From: Octopus bimaculoides
Taxonomy: Eukaryota
Length of the DNA stretch: 64,000 nt
Direction of reading: 5' to 3'
NCBI RefSeq assembly: GCF_001194135.2
Contig: NC_068988.1
Location: 10,808,545-10,872,544, forward strand
Position numbers and translations under genes: made by a program. Numbering within the stretch: position 1 is the stretch's first letter; the number at the start of each line of letters is the position of its first letter. The notes beneath the pieces are model-generated. The model saw only the letters and a list, made by a program, of their open reading frames with translations, ran no database searches and had not been told where the DNA came from. This document shows, in pieces, positions 53,110-64,000 of the stretch.

Positions 53110-53228
53110 TACTATAAGCACACGGCCTGAAATTTAGAGATGAATGGAATTCTAATCGATTACATCTACCACTGTGCTCAATTCGTACCACGTTCATCGA
53201 CGCCGAAATGATAAAAGTCGTCATTCGG
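53110..53228 (-). mobile_element. SINE family A, decayed 3' part
   Basis: gcacacggcctgaaattt...aatcgattacatctacc...ttcatcgacgccgaaatgat. Confidence 0.6.
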
Positions 53229-56200
53229 AAGAATGTTAACTGAAACCAAACAATACTTCGCTTAACGCTTAGTTCAGTGGGGTACCGATGTTCCAGACTT
53301 AACTCTTTTTATGGCAATATTAAAAACAAAATGTTTTATTACATGGACGTCAATTAATTATTTAAGCCTTATCACTGAAATATTTTTGTTGTTCTGAAGA
53401 AACATATTATTTGGTAGGCGTTAGGTTGGACAGTGAACATGCTGGTAATTGCCAAAGATTTTGCACTGTATTAAATGTAGAATTTGATATGTTACGAATG
53501 TACTTATTAATTCAGTCACCCATGAAAGTTGTTGAATATATAGCCAGTACATGTCCCTAAACCTGTAGACCTTAACGAAAAAAAAATAAATACCGGGTCT
53601 CTTTAATAGGTTTCTCAAGGCAGCTTTGATTACTTCGGTATGTTGCACGCTTCCAAATACATAATGTTGATTTTTCAATACATCACTGAATGAAATCTTC
53701 TACTGTGGGCCATCAAAATGTAAGAGATACCACACCTACTTGTGTGTTTTGTTACCGAACCATTATATGTAGACTGGATCATCAATTTCCTTTTTTTACA
53801 TATCTAAGAAATCGATATATGAATGAAGAAACTACTTGAGCAATCAAAATTGGAATTCTTCACCAGAGAATATAAATCAATATGCAGTTATCAAAAATCT
53901 GTTCAACATTAAATCAATAAAATTAACATCAATGATTAATTTTATTCACTGAATGATTAATACATACGTTCCTTCTTCGGATTTTGATATTTTGGAAATA
54001 AAAATTCCGAGTAGGCATTAGGGAAAAGAATTTGTATAAGTACAGCTGCGACTACAGCTACTACAAACATGAAGAATAACTACAACCGTCTTAATAATAA
54101 TAATAATTATCATCATCATCATCATCATCATCATCATTATTATTATTACTATGATTATGATACTGAAAATAATGGTGACATTTCAACGAGATGTTGTTGT
54201 AAATATCTCCTCGTTCATCTTAATCGTTGCGTCAATCGATAAGCACCGAATTGTTGATTATATATCCCTTGACATTCCAATATTTTTACATTCAATTTAA
54301 ACCTGCTTTCTATTAACACCAGCTTCGTAGTTTACGTAGACAGAGGAAAGAAAACAGAAATCATTAGTGAATAATTAATGCGTACGTTCCGGTTTTAAGT
54401 TATTAATTAATATTAAAAGATAATAGTAGAGATACAATATTTTCTGCTTGGCCTGTTGTTTCCAACAATATCCAGCATTTGGAGTCGTGGGTACCCCGGC
54501 CAACCGTTTCTTTTACCGCTGTACGTGTATACATATACTCATATTATATGACAAATGTGAGTGTTGTTTATATGTGTTTTCTGATGCATGTGTATGTAAT
54601 ATATACATACGAGCGAGTAAACAAATGAAAGAAGGCCAATCAGCTCATTTATTGTGAGTTACATGTATGGACCAAAACTACTTCTCCATATATATACACG
54701 CATGTAAATTGTAAATTATGAGTGACATTCCCTTACCCATCATATATATTATATGTATTCATAAATCTTGTGACTGATCCATCGTTATGGACGGTTGCTC
54801 TCTTTGAGCTTCCTTGTAGTCAATGACATTTCTGAACTTCCCTACATGATTCCTCTGATGAATGTTCAATCTGCTGCACATTCACATGCTTTGAAATATA
54901 GGAGGCAGACGAAAGTTGTGAGTTTAGTTAGTACAATGATTGCATATACAGCAACCGGAAGAATTGAGATGAGTGGAGGAAATCTTTTGAAACAATAGAT
55001 GCGGTTCGCCTTGATAATGTGTTTTGTCCGTAGAACCACGATGAGATCATAAAAGGTGTATAACGTGGGACAGTTTACTACTTTTTAATGCTGGGAAGAT
55101 TAATCATTTGAAGTCCTTTGAGTGAGTAACCTTATGCAATGTACTTCCTGCTAGACGAAGTGATTCAGGATGTGAAAAAGTGTGTAAGTCGATTTCAGAT
55201 TAGAAAGGTTGTATAACAGTACACACAAATTAAATTGCACTAAGTAGACCGATCAATTTTGTAGAAGTTACAACTTTAATCTATCATCTACACATGTATC
55301 TACATACATACGCACACTCGAGGAACATACACAGGTACACAAACTTACATATAAATTTGCATGTATGTATATATGTACGTATGGATAGATGGATTCGTAG
55401 ACGCACGTGCCCCTATTTCGACGAACTGTAGGAATGCACGACATATTAAATGAGTGTCGTTTATTTATAGTCACAATATGATAAAAATTATTGAATTATC
55501 TTGTTTATTACCGTTTCGATGTCACTCATGATTTACTTGAATATTATAAGATTTTCATATTTTGAAGGAAAATGTAATTATATTTTTATTAGCTTTACTG
55601 GGAGCCTATAATATTATATCTTTTAATGGAAAACGATTATCGATTAGCTTTCGGGCTTCATATTGATATTCATAAGAAATAGACCCTAAAAACCGAGCGG
55701 GAACTGGAAGCGTATGATCAAAATTCAAGGTTACTTTACCCTATAATTAATATTTAGATGTGTACTGATTATTGTATTAACTTTCAGCCTTGTGTAGTTT
55801 TATATGTTCTTCGATCAATATTAGGACGTGTGTGCATTTTGCCTGGGTAAATAAAATACAGATGGATATCTTTAAAAAAAAATGAATCTATAGTTCACTA
55901 ATACTATTCTTCATGTCTCTGAAAATATTATTGATCTTAAAATCACGGCGTATCCAAAACGAATCCTGACATTCTGATACGACCAACACCTATAAATTTA
56001 GGCATTATGACATAGAGATCATGATACCCATTTAAATATCGGTAAGTTTGTCTGTTCTGATACAATTTGAATTAAAAGTATTGTCGTTCTAAGAGTGAAC
56101 GTAGATGATTTAGATATTGTCGGTCCTTTGGTATATCGATCAGCAGAACACACACAATATGAAAGGTGGAGAGCGCTAGTGATGACACTAGCACCATTCT

Positions 56201-56469
56201 GTTAAATATTTACAACAGGATTAGCCAGAATACTATTAAATAAATGCATTGACAAAGAAAATAAATCACTCCTTTCAGGAAAGAAAAAAATTATATATAT
56301 GTGTGGCAATGTGTGTGTTTGTATGAGCGTGTGCGTGCATTTGTGTGTGCGGGTTTGTGTTTGGCGATATAAACAAGACAATAGAATTCAAAACTATATA
56401 TCTATATATCTGTAAATAATATATGCAGTTTTGTAACACTTATTACCAAGATTCTGCTCAATATGAGAT

Positions 56470-56533
56470 GATAGCAACAACAACAAGAACAAAAACAACA
56501 GCAACAATAATAATAATGATGATGATGATAATG

Positions 56534-56579
<46 letters not shown>

Positions 56580-56600
56580 TGATGATGATGATAATGATGA
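56470..56600 (+). repeat. Compound (AAC)/(AAT)/(GAT) microsatellite
   Basis: Directly visible. Confidence 0.9.
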
Positions 56601-56704
56601 TACTTATTTCTATAGGCATAAGGGCTGAAATTTTAGGGGAAGGCTAGTCGATTACATCGGCATTAATCCGAAACTGGTACTTATTTCATTGACTCCCGAA
56701 AGAA
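56601..56704 (-). mobile_element. SINE family A 3' part
   Basis: ataggcataagggctgaaattttaggggaaggctagtcgattacatcgg...aactggtacttatttcattgactcccgaaag. Confidence 0.75.
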
Positions 56705-57569
56705 GTATGTATGTATGTATGAATGTATATATATATGTATGCATTACAGGTGTATATAATATTTTCCATGAAACACCTAAACTTATGGACAATATAGGTA
56801 CTGTCTGCCTCCTTCAGCATGCACGAAATATAGATTAGACTTGTGTAGAAATTGTTTTTAATAAATATTCTTTATATTTTCAGTGAAGTCCATCGTAACA
56901 TTTTGCTTAACATACGATCAGACACACAAACGTAAGTCTACATCTTTACGTATGCCCGAGTGAGTCTACATGTGTGTATGTGTGTGTGTGTATGTTTGTG
57001 TATATGAGGCTGTGGGATGACTCCTAAATCAATACATACACAGACATACACACACGTATATATATATATATATATATNNNNNNNNNNNNNNNNNNNNNNN
57101 NNNNNNNNNNNNNNNNNNNNNNNNNNNNNNNNNNNNNNNNNNNNNNNNNNNNNNNNNNNNNNNNNNNNNNNNNNNNNNNNNNNNNNNNNNNNNNNNNNNN
57201 NNNNNNNNNNNNNNNNNNNNNNNNNNNNNNNNNNNNNNNNNNNNNNNNNNNNNNNNNNNNNNNNNNNNNNNNNNNNNNNNNNNNNNNNNNNNNNNNNNNN
57301 NNNNNNNNNNNNNNNNNNNNNNNNNNNNNNNNNNNNNNNNNNNNNNNNNNNNNNNNNNNNNNNNNNNNNNNNNNNNNNNNNNNNNNNNNNNNNNNNNNNN
57401 NNNNNNNATATATATATATATATATACATATATACATGGTTGCGTATGTGTGTGCTTATTTTTATTCCTGAGATATATATTTGCTTACCTCTACTATGTG
57501 AATGTGCATTTGTGGGTGTGTATATATACATATACAGAGAGACCGAGAGAGGAAGAGAGAAATATAAAT

Positions 57570-57574
<5 letters not shown>

Positions 57575-57638
<64 letters not shown>
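57575..57638 (+). repeat. (GATA)n microsatellite
   Basis: Directly visible. Confidence 0.95.
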
Positions 57639-57819
57639 TTATATAGATATGTATATATGTTGTTGCAGATATGTATATAATTTGCTAATAATCTTCAACT
57701 CTCTGATGACTAAAAAATTTAATTTCCTGAGAAGAAAATCAGAAATTTTATTAACAAAAACAACTCCAATTTTTAAGATGTCAACATTTATCTTTCTGTT
57801 CAATGTTTAAACATCCACG

Positions 57820-58080
57820 CGAGCAATCAGCTAAGTGCATCGCACACATTTTTCTACCGGTGAACTTTGCAACTTTTACATTTCACATATCTTATCTCAG
57901 TCAGGAAAACTTCTTGCAATTTGATTTCTCTATTTAGAAGTCTGTGTTTTATTTTTTTTTATTGAAATATACTTAAACACCATTGTATTTTACAAAGTAT
58001 TGTTGGAAGGAAATACGGTGTGAGATTTCTCGATAAGTCATTTTCGAAACATGTTTGTGTTGGGTTTATGAAAAGCTCAT
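57820..58080 (-). mobile_element. Possible piggyBac-like transposase C-terminal remnant
   Basis: Minus frames give ISHRISFQQ and SK*RNQIARS...KICEM*K...PVEKCV, loosely like the piggyBac ISRR.F.QQL motif and C-terminal Cys-rich domain. Many stops. Confidence 0.25.
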
Positions 58081-59194
58081 AATTTGTTTCAAGTAACCCG
58101 TTTAACCGTTTGTAAATTACGACTGCATCTGATCTGAAGAAACTGTGCATGAATGTTTAATTGTTTTAGTTACAGCTCCGTTGTAATATAATTGAGAGAA
58201 AGATACGGATCTCACGAGGTCTTGTACGAATGTGATAAAAATAAAACTATTATTATAAGATGATAATGCATTAAAAGTTGACTGATTAAATCGTTGTATA
58301 TAGAGAGTTGAAGTTTGATTGTGAGATAAAAAAGAAAATTATCCTCAGCTTATTCTATTCGTACCCGCGTGTATATACAGAGAAAATACACGTTTATACG
58401 TGAATGTATGCAAAATGAGTTATTGTTTGTACAAGTGTGTCAATGTAATTATTGAGAGACAAAAAGATGCTTTTAGCTTTAGAAGGAATTGAACTCATAA
58501 TATATAGACCTAGAAGAAATACTACAAGACGTTTCACTTTCTGCTCTACCAAATAAATCCATACACATAAATGTGCAGAGATATACGTTGATAATAGATG
58601 TATAAAATTTAACCATTTATTACCGAATACATGCCAGTTTTTTTCTTCTTTATTAATTGGTTTTCATATATACTTATTATTCGGTATCAGAAAAATATAT
58701 AAGTACTTTCAGTTTTCTAGACTTACTTGGGGTTATTACTAAATATATTATTGATATGAAGACTATCTTATATTGAGAGTCGTGTAGTTGTTTGTTTAGC
58801 TATTGCTATAATCAGAATTCTATTTCTATTAATATTAGCAATATATATTACTATGGGTATCATTTCCATGTAAAGCACCGAATAATCTTTTGAAGGGAAA
58901 TATTTTATATATGTTCGTTGTAGTTATACTTCATATTTTACAACCTGGCATTCAAAAAAAATATATGACATGGTATATTACAATGTCTCTGTAAATATAT
59001 GATGTTTGAAACTGATTTACTTGTATTTATAATATAAAATTTTGGAGCATGGCGAGATTATGACGGTCACGTTTACAACTTTTACTACTGAAAATATCGT
59101 ATATCTGACGTATGTTGTTCATCTACCGGGCTGCTAATTTATTGTTGACGCTTCAATCAATATATTGGTCTACTAATAATATAGTTTAATACTA

Positions 59195-59321
59195 CAGTGT
59201 GTCCACAAAGTCTGGTTACATGCAGTAAATTAAATCATAACATAAACAATTAAATATAAGAAATAATAATTTCTTAAAGTATGTGTTAATTCCCATGTAC
59301 CCAGACCTTGTGGACATCCTG
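59195..59321. mobile_element. 127-bp Tc1/mariner-type MITE
   Basis: 28-bp TIRs CAGTGTGTCCACAAAGTCTGGTTACATG and (reverse complement) CAGGATGTCCACAAGGTCTGGGTACATG match at 24/28; TA on both sides (59193-59194, 59322-59323). Confidence 0.85.
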
Positions 59322-60176
59322 TAGAATGATTGGAGTTCTTTTACATGAGTAGTATATCATTCCCGTTTTTTTTTCTTTCTATTCCATAGATAAATTAAGT
59401 TGCTTTTTTCTTTTATAATATGCATTTCGTGGAGTTTTGTTGCTAATGTATTTAAGCTCTCTACTGTACTTTGCAGCGTCTTTGCAGAAAGTTTTATACA
59501 GCGTTGTCAATTCAAACGCTAGAATATTCACTAAGTAGTTTTGTTATATTCCATGTATTTCTTTTTGAAATGTGCCAGTTGTGCATGAAATGGAAAGTAT
59601 CTTCTGAGAATAGAATTTACCGATGACATGTCATACCTATGGATATTCACAGTCTCTATTCCACAGAAAGCTATTGTTAACGTATTTATTATAGACATGC
59701 TTCTTTCTTATCTTTCCAAGCAATTTTAAAGACGAAGTCGTTCAGCCATTGTAAACTGGCAGTTTTATTATTGAAGATGCATAATCTTCGACAAATTTAT
59801 TTTCAAAACCTTGATGAAACTCTAAGAATCTTCCAGAAGGCGTTGGTTGGGTTGAGTATATCGTAATTGTGTTGGGATATATATTGTAAATTTATATTTA
59901 GATGAGTCATTAAATACAATGCATTAAACGCCTGAAGATTTTAAAGCTGGTATCAGAAGCAACACAAGCGTTATTCCTGTTCAGTTTTACAACGCTCACA
60001 AATCTATGCATGTAGCATAAAAGAGAAAGGAAACAGAATTACGAAACACCCTTACTGGAGATGACATTATGCTTACAGTCATTTTCTTATTTAATTTAGA
60101 AATATGAAAATGCTACATAATGGCCCATTCATGCATAAGCCCACAACAACGTCGACATTATTTATTCAGTATTACA

Positions 60177-60389
60177 ATGCGGCGAGCTGGCAGAAACATT
60201 AGCGCGCCGGGCGAAATGCTTAGCGGTATTTCGTCTCTCTTTACGTTCTGAGTTCAAATTCCGCCATGGTCGACTTTGCCTTTCATCCTTTAGGAGTCGA
60301 TAAATTAAGTCCCAGTTGCGTACTGGGATCGATCTAATCGACTGGCCCCTTACTCAAAACTTTCGAGCCTTGTGTCTAGATTAGAAACG
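60177..60389 (+). mobile_element. SINE family A, full length (first of tandem pair)
   Basis: gcggcgagctggcagaaacattagcgcgccgggcgaaatgcttagcggtatttcg...gagttcaaattccgcc...ccttgtgtctagattagaaa. Confidence 0.92.
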
Positions 60390-60407
60390 ATTATTTATTC
60401 AGCATTA

Positions 60408-60621
60408 TAAGGTAGTGAGCTGGCAGAAACATTAGCATGCAGGACGAAAAGCTAAGCGGTATTTCGCTCATTACTACCTTCTGATTTCAAATTCCACCTA
60501 GGTCAACATTGCTTTTCATCCTTTTGGGGTCGATAAATTATGTACTAGTTACGCATTGGCGTCAATGTAATCGACTTGTCCTCTCCCCCACATTTCAGGA
60601 TTTGTGCGTATAGTAGAAAGG
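60408..60621 (+). mobile_element. SINE family A, full length, more diverged (second of tandem pair)
   Basis: aaggtagtgagctggcagaaacattagcatgc...ttttcatccttttggggtcgataaattatgtactagtt...tatagtagaaagg. Confidence 0.88.
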
Positions 60622-61082
60622 TTTATTTATTCAGCATTAGACGTGTCTCTTTTGCTAACAGGTCTTACAAAATTGTACATGGACGACATCTCCTTTCAGA
60701 AATTCTTGAGACAGAGAGTCAATAAAACAGCTAGTGATTTGGCTCTCTTTCTGGGGAATTTCTAAGGGGAGATATCGTACATATTTCTACTACATATACA
60801 ATTTTGTACATATATAGAAGTGAAACTCGTGAAATGGCGAATACCTAATACCAAAAATGCTTTCACAATGTATTGTTTAATATATAACTACTCCACAAAC
60901 AATGCTCTCCTGTCTTTCGCAATTCTAACGCATACTTCACACAAATATAACATCTACACCTGAATCTGCACCCGACTCTGGAGTACTGGGATAAGGGGAT
61001 GCGCCTGAAGTGGACGCACCTTGTAATACATACTCATANNNNNNNNNNNNNNNNNNNNNNNNNNNNNNNNNNNNNNNNNNNN

Positions 61083-61113
<31 letters not shown>

Positions 61114-62524
61114 ACGAGTGTTAGACAGAGAAAGAGATGAGGGAGATTAAAATACCCCTATTTCTTTGTGTGACAGTACGTATTCGTTTATGAATATAAA
61201 TTTCGAAAACCGAAGCCTGGACACTTTCTGCTTCAGTGAATATTAACTGTCAGCCCTGGGATTTTCGGCAAACTAACCTCAAAAATATATGCTATCATGT
61301 CTCTATAGCTACATTAAGTATCATTAAATATATATATTTACCGAAGAATGAGAACAAAAGATAAATATTACCTCCTGTGATGTATAGGGAAATCTAAAAT
61401 TATTCTCCAAGTCAAGCTAAATTTGATCGAAAAACAATAAATAAAATTCGCTGCATGTTCCCCGGAGATTCGATATTTGTTTAAAATATTTAGACCTATT
61501 TATCATTTGAGATGAATGGCTCATACAATAAAGATCAATATACAACTACACAGTTTATTCATCAAATAATTTCTTGTATCGGCACGTCAAATATTCAATG
61601 ATATTAAGTAACTAATAATCTTTCATATTAGTTCGTGTTGTGCTAAAGCCAATAAACCAGTGTCCCGTGAATGTGATAATAAGTATCAGTTACTTGAACT
61701 GAAGTGAACACTTACATGCCATTCAATAATAACTTAGTTCTTTTGATTTTCTACGAATGTGGAAAAGAGATTTTAATGTTTATGTATGACTCACAAGATG
61801 AGTTAGATGAGAAAAATATGAACGGCTTTTAATTAAAATTGCGTGCTGATCTTGATTCTATGGAAAGGGGGTTTAATTTTGTGTCTTTCTTTCTCTGCTG
61901 AGGAATAGAATATATGTTTAAAACTAAACTCTTTATAGACGATGATAGCTTAAATGAATTAATGTTTGTACCGTACCTCGCTCCTTATCTTTGAAAGAAT
62001 TTTAAAATAAGTGTTGTATATAATGAGACATATACATCAGAAATTTCATCTGCTATCTTTTCATTTCATCGGTTAATCGATGCAACGTTCCTACCTCGAG
62101 CTCACTTGGCGTTACGATGCATTACGATGCAAGTGAACGGATACGACCATCTCTTTCATTATAATTTCTACCTTTCGTGCCATCAGACTTCAAAGTATTG
62201 AAAAAGCTAATGAAGCGTTCTTTTCCTTAAATTGACTAAGGCAATAAAATTTCGTTACTAAAATAATTGCCTGGAAATGTTTACGAAGTCTATTGAAATT
62301 GTATCTCAGATTCAGTCTGCAACGCAGACTCGCATTCCTGGGAGCATATAATGACTCAATGTAATATACAAAAGGTAGCTCAGTACATACAACTGTGCGT
62401 ACTATAGCACTAAGCAGATTGCAAATAATATTTAAAGTCCAATGTATATGTATACATGCATAGGCACAGACACACACACGTATACACACTGATAGATATA
62501 GAAGCATGTATGCATCTATGTATG

Positions 62525-62563
<39 letters not shown>

Positions 62564-62654
62564 NNNNNNNNNNNNNNNNNNNNNNNNNNNNNNNNNNNNN
62601 NNNNNNNNNNNNNNNNNNNNNNNNNNNNNNNNNNNNNNNNNNNNNNNNNNNNNN

Positions 62655-62685
<31 letters not shown>

Positions 62686-62689
62686 ATGC

Positions 62690-62870
62690 AGTGAGAATTT
62701 ACAAAAAAAAAACCGAAGACGAAGACGGTTGTGTAAACAACAAAGAGATATATTAGTTTAACGCTCGGGAAGTGAGAAAGTCTTTTACGTTTCAAGCCTA
62801 CGCTCTTCGACAGAAAATAACACAGAAATAAACAGGGAGAGAAAAAAGAAAATAGGAAATAGAAAATAGT
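62690..62870 (-). repeat. Dispersed ~170-bp repeat (copy B) with a hammerhead-like core, probably Penelope-associated
   Basis: Homologous to 28735-28900 in the opposite orientation; flanked by (GT)n and (AT)n. Confidence 0.75.
62782..62817 (-). ncRNA. Atypical minimal type I hammerhead-like motif
   Basis: Minus strand TTTT-CTGTCGA-A-GAGC-GTAG-GCTT-GAAA-CG-TA-AAAG. It fits the minimal hammerhead layout except that position 6 is T instead of the conserved A. Confidence 0.35.
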
Positions 62871-63965
62871 ATGTATATATATATATATATATATGCATAT
62901 ATTTCTGCATTCACAGGACATGTACGTATATTGTTATGTAAAATATATATATATTATATAGTAGAATGTTTATTAACCTCATTCAGCAACTAGATGTGAG
63001 TAAAACCTAGTGTTAGAAGTATGCTTTTGATATAAGTTATAGAAGATATAAATCCCCAGTAGTCACTGATGTGCCTCGGATCAACTTAAACAGGAGTCAT
63101 TATCTTAATACTGTAAGCATAGACAAGGGTTTGTGAAAAAAGTCAGGTTTTCTTTTGAAAACGACAACCTGTTTAACTGCAACACATGTCTCCAGTGTCT
63201 TTCGCTTGAGTCAAATAAGCAGTAAGAATTACTCCTAGGTTTTCTTTCGAAAAAAACCAATATCTTGATTCGTTCTTTACAACTTCAAATATGTCATGAA
63301 ATATGTCGTCATGTTTGTCGTTCAGTTAGGAACACTTTCTCGAATGGAAATTAATTTAAATCCCTACTAAAGTGATGACCCTTTTCGTGACATACATGAA
63401 CTGACATCTGGTGTCTAAGGATTTAATCAACACTCTTTTTAGCTTAATTCCTACGCATCACACGCATTTGCTCCGTAAATTGTTATTTCATAACTTCAGC
63501 AAGAGCAGCTGCAGGTACATCGGCTATTTTCATTAACAGATCAGCAATTCCGTCGATGATATATGATCTAGCGCGCGTAACTTTGAGAGCTTTAAAGGAT
63601 TCAAGAAATTTTCTAATTTCCAAGCATTTCCAGCGAATGCTGAAACTGCGATATGTGCAAAAGGAATCCAACTTCATAGCAGCATTAACTCTCATACCTT
63701 GCTACATGTATTTATGTGAGCAAAGGCTATTTGGCAATAAGTTTCTACATATAATTTCCCCTTATTTTTCTTTAATTAAAGCATGAGCAATTAATGAATT
63801 CGAATGTGGTATCTGTTGTGGTTAACGCACACGCGATTGGTGTCACACGATTACGCACAAGTACACACCTTCAAACACAGATAGTAATATATGTAGTTTA
63901 CATATATTACTCATATTATATATATATGCAATATGATATAATATATATATTTATACGCATACACA

Positions 63966-64000
<35 letters not shown>

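Noticed and set aside
1-64000. CRISPR arrays or prokaryotic operons
   Set aside because: No regularly spaced repeat-spacer array and no gene-dense coding; the sequence is eukaryotic repeat-rich DNA.

Overview
AT-rich, microsatellite-dense eukaryotic DNA from a gapped assembly, with 17 N-runs, 15 of them abutting (AT)n. The SINE families I recognise from memory point to an octopus genome (inference, not database-checked). I cannot support any intact protein-coding gene, rRNA, tRNA or CRISPR array; the window looks intronic or intergenic. The long ORFs in the track are artefacts of N-runs and simple repeats. The window holds about 20 copies of three tRNA-derived SINE families and three decayed mariner transposase remnants, one internally inverted. 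It also holds a Tc1-like fragment, a 127-bp TA-flanked MITE, a Helentron-type (HINE-like) element, CR1, RTE and R4/Dong LINE fragments, and two Penelope-like (GIY-YIG) fragments. The most interesting signal is a set of hammerhead-ribozyme-like motifs in or near Penelope-type repeats: an atypical minimal core in two dispersed copies (28.8 kb and 62.8 kb) and a large-loop one at 36.3 kb. Other notable items are a tandem SINE pair bracketed by three copies of one 18-bp target motif, an (AAT)n hub carrying three different elements, and telomere-like hexamers fused to a truncated CR1. All protein and family assignments come from manual translation and motif recall.
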